This document shows positions 16,177-24,466 of a stretch of DNA of 64,000 nucleotides, piece after piece (the first letter of the stretch is position 1; every line of letters begins with the position of its first letter). The notes under the pieces are model-generated. The model ran no database searches, was not told the DNA's origin, and saw only the letters and a program-made list of their open reading frames with translations. The position numbers and the translations under genes were made by a program. The stretch comes from Patescibacteria group bacterium (GTDB lineage: Bacteria > Patescibacteriota > Microgenomatia > UBA8517): NCBI GenBank assembly GCA_022868165.1, contig JALHYA010000004.1, positions 16,457-80,456 of the forward strand, read 5' to 3'.

Positions 16177-17538
16177 TCAAAGCCTCTGTTTTATCCCCAA
16201 GATATCCTGGCGGATTTGCACATCGGTCGAAGCCATCTGGGTTATTTTGTCCACAGCGTGCATTACGGTAGTATGATCTCTTCCTCCCACAAGCCTCCCA
16301 ACTTCTTCCAGAGGAAGCCCCAGGTCCCTTCGAAGTAAATACATCAGTATCTGCCGGGGTCTGGCGACGGGCCTTGCTCTGGAATCTCCAAGAAGGGAAC
16401 GTTTTCCTAAGGAGAAGTGTTTGGACACCGCGGAGATGACGTTTTCCGGATTAACCCTTTTTGTTTGCAAAGCTTGCGACTCCCCCTTACCGAGAAGTGA
16501 CTGAATAAGCTCTTCGGTTATTTGTGTATTTTTTAGTTTCGCTTCAGAAGAAAGCCTTACCAAAAACCCTTCAAGCTTTCGGGCTGAGTCGGTGTTGGCT
16601 GCAATAAGCTGAACCAATTCCATAGGAAGCTCTATTCCCCTACCGGCCGCCTTTATCTGCAAAATCGCACAGCGCAACTCAAAATCCGGGGGCGCAATGT
16701 CAACAATTAATCCCGCCTCAAAACGGCTTCTTAATCTTTCCTCGAGTTTTGATATTTCGGAAGGGGGCCTGTCGGAGGTTAAAATAATTTGACCCCCGGC
16801 GCTGGTTACGGCGTTGAATGTGTGGAAGAATTCTTCCTGCACTGCGTCCTTGCCAGCAATAAACTGAATGTCGTCTATTAAAAGGGCATCAAGTTTGCGG
16901 TATTTGTTTCTGAAAGATTGTGTCGTTTTGTTTCTTATTCCCTCCACGATGTCGTTGGTAAAATCTTCTCCGGTACAAAAAAGAACGTTTGGGTTGGGAT
17001 TTTTGCTTAAGATTTCATACCCGACAGCAATCATTAAATGGGTTTTCCCAACCCCAACGCCTCCCCAAATAAAAAGAGGGTTATATGCGCTCCCCGGAGT
17101 TTTTGAAACCGCGTCAGCCGCAGCCCACGCCATTTGATTGGAAGAAGAGACGGCAAAGTTTTCGAAAGTAAACCCCTGTCTAATCCTTGCCCTAGCTAGC
17201 GCCGTAGAAAGCACTTCCAAAGATTCCTTTTCCTGATTAAACAAAGGGGCGAGAGAGTTTTCGATTGCTTTTGTTTTTGGCGCCTGTTTTACTACAAAGA
17301 GGATGTCGCAGGGCTTCCCCAACTGTTTTGTCAAGCTGTCTTGAATCAGTCCAAAATATCTCGACTCAATGGTTGTCTTAACAAAAGGGGAATTGCAACC
17401 GACCTGTGCGGTTGCCCGATCGTTTATGTCGGCAAGATCTATTAGGTGGGTTTGGGAAAACCATGTAGAGAAAATTGCGGGGGAGACTGCAACCTTTATA
17501 CTCTCAAGGACATCGTGCCAGAGTCTATTTGCATCCAT
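16177..17538 (-). CDS. dnaA: chromosomal replication initiator DnaA
   Basis: 453 aa with Walker A GGVGVGKTHL, Walker B LLIDDIQF, and a C-terminal DNA-binding region (...GGRDHTTVMHAVDKI). Confidence 0.95.
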   Translation of the reverse strand: MDANRLWHDVLESIKVAVSPAIFSTWFSQTHLIDLADINDRATAQVGCNSPFVKTTIESRYFGLIQDSLTKQLGKPCDILFVVKQAPKTKAIENSLAPLFNQEKESLEVLSTALARARIRQGFTFENFAVSSSNQMAWAAADAVSKTPGSAYNPLFIWGGVGVGKTHLMIAVGYEILSKNPNPNVLFCTGEDFTNDIVEGIRNKTTQSFRNKYRKLDALLIDDIQFIAGKDAVQEEFFHTFNAVTSAGGQIILTSDRPPSEISKLEERLRSRFEAGLIVDIAPPDFELRCAILQIKAAGRGIELPMELVQLIAANTDSARKLEGFLVRLSSEAKLKNTQITEELIQSLLGKGESQALQTKRVNPENVISAVSKHFSLGKRSLLGDSRARPVARPRQILMYLLRRDLGLPLEEVGRLVGGRDHTTVMHAVDKITQMASTDVQIRQDILGIKQRL

Positions 17539-17561
17539 TGTGGGAGGACAGGAGTAAGGGG

Positions 17562-17591
17562 ATAGTAACTAAGTTATCAACAATCCGTCAA
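17562..17591 (-). promoter_or_regulatory. candidate dnaA promoter overlapping a DnaA-box-like site
   Basis: The minus strand reads TTGACG (17586-17591), an 18-nt spacer, then TACTAT (17562-17567). The spacer contains TTATCAACA in reverse. Confidence 0.35.
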
Positions 17592-17592
17592 T
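17574..17592 (+). promoter_or_regulatory. 19-bp repeat ttatcaacaatccgtcaat containing a DnaA-box-like TTATCAACA (copy 1)
   Basis: An exact second copy lies at 17826-17844. TTATCAACA matches the TTATCCACA consensus at 8 of 9 positions. Confidence 0.5.
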
Positions 17593-17825
17593 AGTCAAAA
17601 AGTCTCAGTTTTGTTATCCCTCGAGCTTTGTCGTAAACGCATTTTCAAAAAATGCTCGTCGGGTGTAGCACAAAGAAGATTGCAAATCTCACTCCTCGCT
17701 TGACGTTTCACCAGTCGGAATTTCTCTTACGAGATACAACATCCTTTTTATGACTGGTTCGACACATTTTTGAAAATGGTTTCCTCGCGCTCTCGGGGCA
17801 AACAAAGACTTTGGTAGAATTTTCC

Positions 17826-17844
17826 TTATCAACAATCCGTCAAT
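17826..17844 (+). promoter_or_regulatory. 19-bp repeat ttatcaacaatccgtcaat (copy 2)
   Basis: Identical to 17574-17592. Confidence 0.5.
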
Positions 17845-17854
17845 CCCCAAAAAA

Positions 17855-17884
17855 CTGGAGACTGGAAAATGGAGATTGGAAACT
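17855..17884 (+). repeat. heptamer array (GGAGACT/GGAAAAT type)
   Basis: The sequence reads ctggagactggaaaatggagattggaaact, with a clear 7-nt period (ggagact|ggaaaat|ggagatt|ggaaact). It abuts structured repeat copy b. Confidence 0.6.
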
Positions 17885-17886
17885 TT

Positions 17887-17999
17887 ATGACATCCTCCCC
17901 GCTCCAAAGAGCGGGGTTTCCCTCCAAAGGAGGATGACATATCGGCGTTCAATTCATCTCCGCAACAAATTGCGGAGCGTTCTTGAATGCTGTTATAAT
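17887..17999 (+). repeat. promoter-proximal structured repeat, copy b (upstream of rpmH), ending in the extended -10 TGTTATAAT
   Basis: The sequence is atgacatcctcc-ccgctccaaagagcggggtttccctccaaa-ggaggatgacat-atcggcgttcaattcat-ctccgcaacaaattgcggag-cgttc-ttgaatgctgttataat. TATAAT (17994-17999) lies 6 nt before the rpmH ATG. Confidence 0.8.
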
Positions 18000-18005
18000 A
18001 CCCCT

Positions 18006-18146
18006 ATGTCAACAAAAAGAACCTATCAACCGAAGAAAAGGAAAAGAGCAAAAACTCACGGATTTCGTGCGAGAGTTAAGTCCGCTTCCGGCCGCAGGGT
18101 CCTTAAAAGAAGGCGCCAAAAAGGCCGAAAAAGGCTGACTCCATAA
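18006..18146 (+). CDS. rpmH: 50S ribosomal protein L34
   Basis: 46 aa: [46 protein letters not shown]. The ORF-track entry 17811..18146 is an in-frame read-through of the upstream repeat, so I moved the start to ATG 18006. Confidence 0.9.
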   Translation: MSTKRTYQPKKRKRAKTHGFRARVKSASGRRVLKRRRQKGRKRLTP

Positions 18147-18148
18147 TA

Positions 18149-18493
18149 ATGCTTGCTGCACCATATAGACTTTCAGGCGAAGAAGAATTTGCTCGGGTCG
18201 AAAAAGAGGGAAAGCTTTATCAAAGCAAGTCCTTTGGCTTGCGCTTTTTTGATAGGGGAGACACCCAATACTCGAGGTTTGGAGTTGTTGTTTCAAACAA
18301 GATTTCTAAAGAAGCAACCCAAAGGAATAGAATAAAAAGAGCTTTCAGGGAGGCCATAAGGCAATCGATGGGCTATATTAATAGGGGATTGGACGTAGTC
18401 TTTTTAGCAAAAAAAATAAGCCTGTCGGAGTCTACGGACGAGCTGATGCATGAGGTCGGAAACGCTCTTTCGGCGACAGGAATAATGAAATGA
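18149..18493 (+). CDS. rnpA: ribonuclease P protein component
   Basis: 114 aa containing SRFGVVVSNKISKEATQRNRIKRAFREA (the RNR-motif region). It has the canonical position after rpmH. Confidence 0.85.
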   Translation: MLAAPYRLSGEEEFARVEKEGKLYQSKSFGLRFFDRGDTQYSRFGVVVSNKISKEATQRNRIKRAFREAIRQSMGYINRGLDVVFLAKKISLSESTDELMHEVGNALSATGIMK

Positions 18494-18720
18494 AAAAAAT
18501 ATTTACCTTTTCTTTGACCGCTTACAAAAATACGTTATCTTGGATACTGAAAGTTCTCTTTGGCGGAGGGTGCAGATTCCAGCCAACCTGTAGCGAATAC
18601 GCCAAACAGTCGATTGAAAAATTCGGAGTAATTAACGGAACTGGTCTGGCGCTTAAAAGGTTGATTCACTGCCACCCCTTTGGGAGTTTTGGCTATGACC
18701 CCATTCCGGAAAAGACATGA
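18490..18720 (+). CDS. yidD: membrane protein insertion efficiency factor YidD
   Basis: 76 aa containing CRFQPTCSEYAKQSIEKFG...HCHPF. Confidence 0.85.
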   Translation: MKKIFTFSLTAYKNTLSWILKVLFGGGCRFQPTCSEYAKQSIEKFGVINGTGLALKRLIHCHPFGSFGYDPIPEKT

Positions 18721-19529
18721 ATATTTTTAACACATTGTTAATTCAGCCGTTGGCAAACGGCTTGATTCTTTTTTACAAACTTCTTTTTAGCAACATGGGC
18801 CTGGCGATTGTCGGTTTCTCTCTTTTTCTTCGGCTAATTTTAAATCCGCTAACAAAGCCCTATATGCAATCGATGAAGAAAATGAAGGAGTATGAGCCGC
18901 AACTGGCGAAACTAAAAGAGAAGTGGAAGGGAGATAAGACAAAGCTTGTACAGGCGCAGGCAGATTTTTATAAAGAAAAAGGCATAAATCCGGGGGCCGG
19001 GTGCCTTCCTTATATTTTGCAAATAGTCGTTTTAATAGCTCTTTTTAATGTGTTTGCTCGCGCACTTTCTACTTCCAACGAGGCAGTCACAAATTTTAAC
19101 AAGCTTCTTTATTCTCCCCTGAAGTTTGCAGAAAACCAAACAATAAATACGAAATTTTTATATTTGGACGTAACCAAACCGGACATTTTCCATATTCCGG
19201 GAGTACCTTTCCCTTTCCCCGGACCAATTTTGCTTCTTGCGGCCCTGGTGCAGTTTTTGTCCGCAAAGATGATGGCGCCTTTGGTCAAAGCCGAAGAAAA
19301 GGTTGCCGAGAAAACAAAGAGCGGAGTTGACGATATTCAAGTTGCCATGCAGTCTTCGATGACATTTACGTTTCCCCTGTTTACTATTATTTTTGGAATA
19401 AGTTTTCCCGCGGGACTCGCGCTGTATTGGTTCCTATTCTCGCTTTATCAGATGATTCAGCAATATCAAACCTCCGGGTGGGGGTCTCTTTCTCCTTTTG
19501 TACAAAAAGTGAGCTTCTGGCGTAAATAA
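18717..19529 (+). CDS. yidC: membrane insertase YidC/Oxa1 family
   Basis: 270 aa and multi-TM, containing NPGAGCLPYILQIVVLIALF. It lies in the rnpA-yidD-yidC-jag order. Confidence 0.8.
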   Translation: MNIFNTLLIQPLANGLILFYKLLFSNMGLAIVGFSLFLRLILNPLTKPYMQSMKKMKEYEPQLAKLKEKWKGDKTKLVQAQADFYKEKGINPGAGCLPYILQIVVLIALFNVFARALSTSNEAVTNFNKLLYSPLKFAENQTINTKFLYLDVTKPDIFHIPGVPFPFPGPILLLAALVQFLSAKMMAPLVKAEEKVAEKTKSGVDDIQVAMQSSMTFTFPLFTIIFGISFPAGLALYWFLFSLYQMIQQYQTSGWGSLSPFVQKVSFWRK

Positions 19530-19558
19530 GACATCTCTGCTAGAATTGGGGTTGCAAA

Positions 19559-20035
19559 ATGGCGGCAAAAAATAAAATCCTTGTGCAAGTTGATGAGGCG
19601 GCGAACGGCCTTCTAACCTTGATGGGGACAAAGGCTAAGGCCCGCGTTTATGAAGACAAAGAAAATCAAGCGATTCGGGTGGATATTGAAACAGAAGACG
19701 AAACGGGACTTTTGATAGGCCGACATGGAGAAACACTGGCCTCCATGGAAACGGCACTGGGGATGATGATAAGACAATCGGTCGGCGAATGGGTAAGAAT
19801 AATAGTAAACGTCGGCGATTGGAGAGAGCGCCAGGAAGACCACCTTAAGGAAATTGCCGAGCAGGCAATGGAGAGGGCAATCCAAACAGGAGAGCCGCAA
19901 CCGATTTATAATCTGACTCCGGCACAGAGAAGGATTGTTCACCTTGCCTTGTCGGAAAGCAAAGATGTGGAAACAGAGTCGGTCGGAGAAGGCTTGGAGC
20001 GATATTTGGTAGTTAAGCCCAAAGGCAAAAAGTAA
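19559..20035 (+). CDS. jag: Jag-like KH/R3H RNA-binding protein
   Basis: 158 aa with a KH-like segment (IGRHGETLASME) and an R3H-like segment (LTPAQRRIVHLALSE). It lies downstream of yidC. Confidence 0.7.
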   Translation: MAAKNKILVQVDEAANGLLTLMGTKAKARVYEDKENQAIRVDIETEDETGLLIGRHGETLASMETALGMMIRQSVGEWVRIIVNVGDWRERQEDHLKEIAEQAMERAIQTGEPQPIYNLTPAQRRIVHLALSESKDVETESVGEGLERYLVVKPKGKK

Positions 20036-21225
20036 TGAGGTTCCTCGAAAAGATTTTCTTTTTCCTACTTATCTTTTTTCTTCCAACACAAATAGGCTTA
20101 CACCTTTGGCCAAACTGGTCTTTTGTCGCCGGAATTAGGGTCGATTATCTTTCCCCGACAATTTATTTAACGGATTTATTAATTCTGGGGATTTTACTAA
20201 CCTCACTAGTCAATCTCGGGTGGTATAAAAAGAGGAAATTCCTGGTTGTTGTGGCCGGCCTTTTGGTTTTCGCCATCATAAATTCATTGCGGGCGTTAAA
20301 TCCCTTGGTATCAATATTAAAGTGGGGGAAAGTTTTGGAGCTGACACTCTTGGCTTATTATATAATTGCTTCAAACCGCGAGAGAGTAAAGACACTAATA
20401 CTTAAGGCTCTCCCGTTTTCGATTGTAACCTTTGCCCTAATTGGGTTTTTACAGATTATTTTCCAAAAAACATTGGGCGGTCCTTTATATTATTTGGGAG
20501 AGAGAAGTTTCTCTGCGACCACCCCCGGCATCGCGCTTTACAACATTTTCGGGAAACTTCTTCTTAGGCCCTATTCAACCTTTCCTCACCCCAATGTTTT
20601 TGGCGCTTATATGTTTGTGGCAACATTAATATTTGTTGTTTTGAAAAGCAAAAAGTCCAGGTCGGACTATTTAGTTGTTCTAATTGGATTTTTGGCGTCT
20701 TTCTTGTCCGGGTCTTTAGCTGTTTATCTTGGAACAGTTGTTGTTTTATCCCTAAAATTTTTAGGAAAGAGTAGGGAAAAGCTAACAAAACTTATTCCGG
20801 CGGGGGCAATTCTTCTAAGCTTTGCTTTTTTGTTTCTCTCTCCACAACTTCTTTCGCAAAAATTTCCTGAAAGCATAGAAAAAAGAATTCTCTTGGCGAG
20901 AGCATCCGCAACCATGGTCTCAAAGTCGCCGTTATTGGGGGTAGGATTTAACAATTTTATCGTAAACCTTCCGGCCTATGCGGCAAAAGATTCTTCTTTG
21001 TGGATACTCCAACCGGTACACAATATTTTTCTTCTAACTTTTGTCGAGACAGGGATATTTGGCTTGTTATTGTTGGGATATTTATTTCAAAGGACATTAT
21101 CGAAAACATCCCCGCTAGCTTTAGCAATAGTTTTTGTTATCGTGACGGGAATGTTCGACCACTACTGGCTTACTCTCCAGCAACCCCAAATTTTGTTCGC
21201 TCTTTTGATCGGACTCCTGTGGTAA
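20035..21225 (+). CDS. O-antigen ligase (Wzy_C)-like polytopic membrane protein
   Basis: 396 aa with about 10 TM helices and a late HNIFLLTFVETGIFGLLLL segment typical of the family. Confidence 0.55.
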   Translation: MRFLEKIFFFLLIFFLPTQIGLHLWPNWSFVAGIRVDYLSPTIYLTDLLILGILLTSLVNLGWYKKRKFLVVVAGLLVFAIINSLRALNPLVSILKWGKVLELTLLAYYIIASNRERVKTLILKALPFSIVTFALIGFLQIIFQKTLGGPLYYLGERSFSATTPGIALYNIFGKLLLRPYSTFPHPNVFGAYMFVATLIFVVLKSKKSRSDYLVVLIGFLASFLSGSLAVYLGTVVVLSLKFLGKSREKLTKLIPAGAILLSFAFLFLSPQLLSQKFPESIEKRILLARASATMVSKSPLLGVGFNNFIVNLPAYAAKDSSLWILQPVHNIFLLTFVETGIFGLLLLGYLFQRTLSKTSPLALAIVFVIVTGMFDHYWLTLQQPQILFALLIGLLW

Positions 21226-21237
21226 ACTAGCAAGACA

Positions 21238-21657
21238 ATGGAGAGCAAACTTTCGATTTATTCCGACGGAGGAGCAAGGGGGAATCCCGGGCCCGCAGCC
21301 TGCGGCGTAGTTTTTTCAAAAGACGGTAAAGTAGTTTTTAAAGGCTCAAAATTTTTAGGAGAAACTACAAATAACGTTGCAGAATATCGCGGAGTAATTT
21401 TTGCCTTGGAAACGCTTTCAAAAAACCGTGAGTGGAGTGCAGATGCACCTGTAGATTTATTTCTGGACTCAGAACTAATAGCTCATCAGCTAAACGGAAA
21501 ATACAAAATTAAAAATCAACTGTTGGCAACGCTTTCTTTTGAAGTAAAAAAGTTGGAAAAACACCTTTCGACAAAAATTATTTATCAACACATTCCCCGG
21601 TCCAAAAATTCTATCGCGGATTTTCTGGTTAATGAAGAATTGGACAAACATCAGTGA
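21238..21657 (+). CDS. rnhA: ribonuclease H (type 1)
   Basis: 139 aa with the catalytic D/E/D pattern: YSDGGARGNPGPAA...NNVAEY...FLDSELI...SIADFLVNE. Confidence 0.8.
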   Translation: MESKLSIYSDGGARGNPGPAACGVVFSKDGKVVFKGSKFLGETTNNVAEYRGVIFALETLSKNREWSADAPVDLFLDSELIAHQLNGKYKIKNQLLATLSFEVKKLEKHLSTKIIYQHIPRSKNSIADFLVNEELDKHQ

Positions 21658-21720
21658 AAATTTCACGTTGCCCGTAATTTTCTTGATAATTCCACGTCTG
21701 TCATTTGGAAAATTGAAAGT

Positions 21721-24462
21721 TTGCGGAGATTGGCCTACGATAAGTCTACAATGAAGAGCTCGAGTAGTCCCTCTTTTGTGATAAGCAACAGACCTGCAGT
21801 TTCTGTCTTTGCCGATTTTGATGTTTTACCACTTAGCTTATTGGAAAAACTTCTTGCCAATTTTTGCAAGGTAAAAATATTTTCAGAAGATATCATGGCT
21901 TGGCAGGAAAAAACATTGCATCTTGGACACGCGAGATACTTTAGTTTTGCAAGCTATAGTGCTTTTTCTGAACTAAAGGGGTCCTCTTACGTGATTTATG
22001 TGAATCTTTACCCCGAGAATCTGGCCAGGGAGGAAAGAATAATTAAAGAAATAATAAAGTATTCTTCCGAAAACTTTGAAAAGGCAATTTTTGTTCTCCC
22101 CTATTTTTTAGAAACCGAAGAGCAGAAAAAACTTTGCACTTTTGTTAAGACTCAAATTGGAAAAGAGGAAAATTTTGAGCTTATTTATGTTGGACAAATT
22201 TTTTCTCCAAGGATGGTATTAAAAAGAGGGATTCTGCTCCATGAAATGTTAAGCGATTTGGAAAGAGGCTCCCGCCTAAAAATTCCCGACAACAATTTTG
22301 AAGTTTATCCAACCTTCGCAGTTGATGTTGCAAGAGAAGTCGTTAAGTCTTTGTTTTCTTTCGGATATTTTGGGCAGGAGGTATCAATGTACTCTGCAAA
22401 AACTACTTTTGATAATTTTGTTAAATATCTCGCCAGATTAAGACAAACCGAAAGCCCTATTGAAGCCGGAACTAAATATGTCAGGGCACCGGGGGTCGAC
22501 AAAGAAATTCATATTGCAAAAAATCTTGAAAGTTTTGTGCCCGACACTGTCGAATGGTTTCAGCAAAACCCCGGCGAAGTTCTTCCTCAAATCAAACCCA
22601 GAGAAGCTAGTAGGGTTAAAGAGGCGGCAGTTAAAGTTTCCTTCCCCAGAATTAAAAGAATATTGACCAACCCCATGTTTGTTTGGGGTGGGGGGTTGGT
22701 AGTTGGTTTCCTTCTGCTGCCGTTTTTGATGCTGATAATTAGCATTCTCAGCTTAGTCATTTTCGGGAAAACATTTGTAACCGGAAAACTTGTTTTGGCC
22801 GAAAGCGCAGCGGGGTTTGTTGGTGTCACGGCCAATTTGGCAAACAAAGAGTCGGGGTTTCTTATGCAAATCCCTCTTTTGGGAATGCCATACAAGGAGA
22901 CGGCTTCTTTGGGAAATATAATTGAAGATTCTTCTGTTATTGCCAAGCGGGCCGTATCAATAGCAAAACAAGGCAAAAGCCTTGTAAAAAACATTTTAGG
23001 AAAAGATTCTTATAACTTAAGTGGCGCATCCGAGTCCTTGGGGCTGGATTTGGATGTTCTCTATAAAGACTTGGGGTTTCTCCAGGGAGAGATCAACGAC
23101 CTAATGCCGATTAGCGCAAGGCTTGTGGCGCCGCTAACCGCACGCATAGATTTGGGCCAACTAAAAGAACGGCTCTTTTTTGGCAAAACCGCTGTCGATA
23201 ACTTACCCGATCTTTTGGGTGCGGACAAACAGAAAAGTTATCTAGTTCTTTTGCAAAACAATATGGAGCTTAGGCCAACCGGGGGATTTATCGGCTCATA
23301 CGCCCTTTTAACATTTGACCAAGGAAAATTGGTTGATACAAACGTCTCCGATATTTACTCTGCAGACGGGCAACTTCAGGGGCATGTTGAACCGCCGGCT
23401 CCTATTAAAAAATACCTGGGAGAAGCGAATTGGTATTTAAGAGACTCTAATTGGGATCCGGACTTTCCAACCTCGGCAACCCGCGCGGAATGGTTTTTGG
23501 GAAAAGAAATCAACAAATCCGTCGATGGAGTTATCGGAATTGACCTCGAGTTTATCAAGGGTCTAATTAAGGTAACCGGGCCAATTACGCTTTCCGATTT
23601 CAATCAAACGATTGGTTCGTCCGACCTTTACGAAAAAACCCAAACCCAGGTCGAAAAAGATTTTTTTCCGGGATCTCAGAAAAAGACAAATTACCTCACG
23701 GCACTTACCCGAACACTTTTGACGAATTTGGAAAATCCTTCGGATTCATTAATCTTGGGATTTTCAAAAGAAACATTCGCAGCCCTTAACGCAAGGCATA
23801 TCCAGGTATTTGTACATAACCGCGACGTACAAAACGCATTGTCAAACATCGGTTGGGATGGCGCAGTCAATCAGCCGACTTGCGAAGGCAACTGTTATCC
23901 TGATTGGGTTGGAATAGTTGATGCAAATGTGGGCGTAAATAAGGCAAATTACTATATAGGGAGAGAATCGTCTTTGGGGGTTAGATTTGACAACGACAAT
24001 ATTACCAGAGAGTTAACAATTAATTATAAAAATAGCGCGAATACAGTACTTGGAGCCGGAGCAAAATATAAAAATTATGTAAGAATCCTAGCCCCAAAAG
24101 GAGCCGACTTTGCAGACGTGCAAGTGACAATTGGAGACAAAACACAAACGATAAAGCCCGAAATTAACGACACACAGGGAAGAAGAGAAGCCGGTGTTTT
24201 GATAGAAATCCCTGCGGGGGCTAAAGCCTCGGCTAAGTTTGTTTGGCAAACTCCACTGGGCATCTCTTTCGGTCAGCCCGGAGAGTACAGACTCTATGTA
24301 CGCAAACAGGCAGGAACAATTGCAGACACAATAACCTTGAAGTTTTCTTTTCCCGAGGGGGTTGTCGCAAAAACCAGCCCAAAGCCTACCTTGACCGTCG
24401 AGGGAAGCCTCGAGTATAATACGACTCTGGCTGGCGATTTATTTGCGCTCAGCCGCTGGTAG
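21721..24462 (+). CDS. DUF4012 domain membrane protein (start uncertain)
   Basis: 913 aa with a TM helix near aa 320-350 and LLQNNMELRPTGGFIGSYALLTF, characteristic of DUF4012. The 21721 start is non-ATG, and ATG 21751 (MKSSSS...) is an alternative. Confidence 0.65.
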   Translation: MRRLAYDKSTMKSSSSPSFVISNRPAVSVFADFDVLPLSLLEKLLANFCKVKIFSEDIMAWQEKTLHLGHARYFSFASYSAFSELKGSSYVIYVNLYPENLAREERIIKEIIKYSSENFEKAIFVLPYFLETEEQKKLCTFVKTQIGKEENFELIYVGQIFSPRMVLKRGILLHEMLSDLERGSRLKIPDNNFEVYPTFAVDVAREVVKSLFSFGYFGQEVSMYSAKTTFDNFVKYLARLRQTESPIEAGTKYVRAPGVDKEIHIAKNLESFVPDTVEWFQQNPGEVLPQIKPREASRVKEAAVKVSFPRIKRILTNPMFVWGGGLVVGFLLLPFLMLIISILSLVIFGKTFVTGKLVLAESAAGFVGVTANLANKESGFLMQIPLLGMPYKETASLGNIIEDSSVIAKRAVSIAKQGKSLVKNILGKDSYNLSGASESLGLDLDVLYKDLGFLQGEINDLMPISARLVAPLTARIDLGQLKERLFFGKTAVDNLPDLLGADKQKSYLVLLQNNMELRPTGGFIGSYALLTFDQGKLVDTNVSDIYSADGQLQGHVEPPAPIKKYLGEANWYLRDSNWDPDFPTSATRAEWFLGKEINKSVDGVIGIDLEFIKGLIKVTGPITLSDFNQTIGSSDLYEKTQTQVEKDFFPGSQKKTNYLTALTRTLLTNLENPSDSLILGFSKETFAALNARHIQVFVHNRDVQNALSNIGWDGAVNQPTCEGNCYPDWVGIVDANVGVNKANYYIGRESSLGVRFDNDNITRELTINYKNSANTVLGAGAKYKNYVRILAPKGADFADVQVTIGDKTQTIKPEINDTQGRREAGVLIEIPAGAKASAKFVWQTPLGISFGQPGEYRLYVRKQAGTIADTITLKFSFPEGVVAKTSPKPTLTVEGSLEYNTTLAGDLFALSRW

Positions 24463-24466
24463 AAAA

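Noticed and set aside
17689-17952. An 87-aa minus-strand ORF in the dnaA-rpmH spacer.
   Set aside because: It spans the DnaA-box repeat, the heptamer array and the structured repeat, and has no plausible start context or motif. It is most likely non-coding origin or promoter DNA.
17960-17990. The inner hairpin plus T-run of the structured repeat as a simple intrinsic terminator of the upstream gene.
   Set aside because: In two of the four copies (rpmH and ORF 47860) the upstream gene is divergent, so there is nothing to terminate. The hairpin is also enclosed by the conserved GCRTTCAA/TTGAATGC stem, which suggests a larger structure. A terminator or attenuator role within a transcribed leader remains possible.
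17811-18005. The N-terminal extension of rpmH in the ORF track, and a possible conserved upstream peptide. MTY(R/Q)RSIH...LECCYN is encoded by both plus-strand repeat copies, each preceded by AAAGGAGG.
   Set aside because: The GGAGG abuts the ATG with zero spacing. The dnaN copy changes the peptide and frame, and the degenerate GT4 copy lacks an obvious counterpart. Sequence conservation tracks the paired stem positions rather than codons. This looks like a nucleotide-level element, not a coding uORF.
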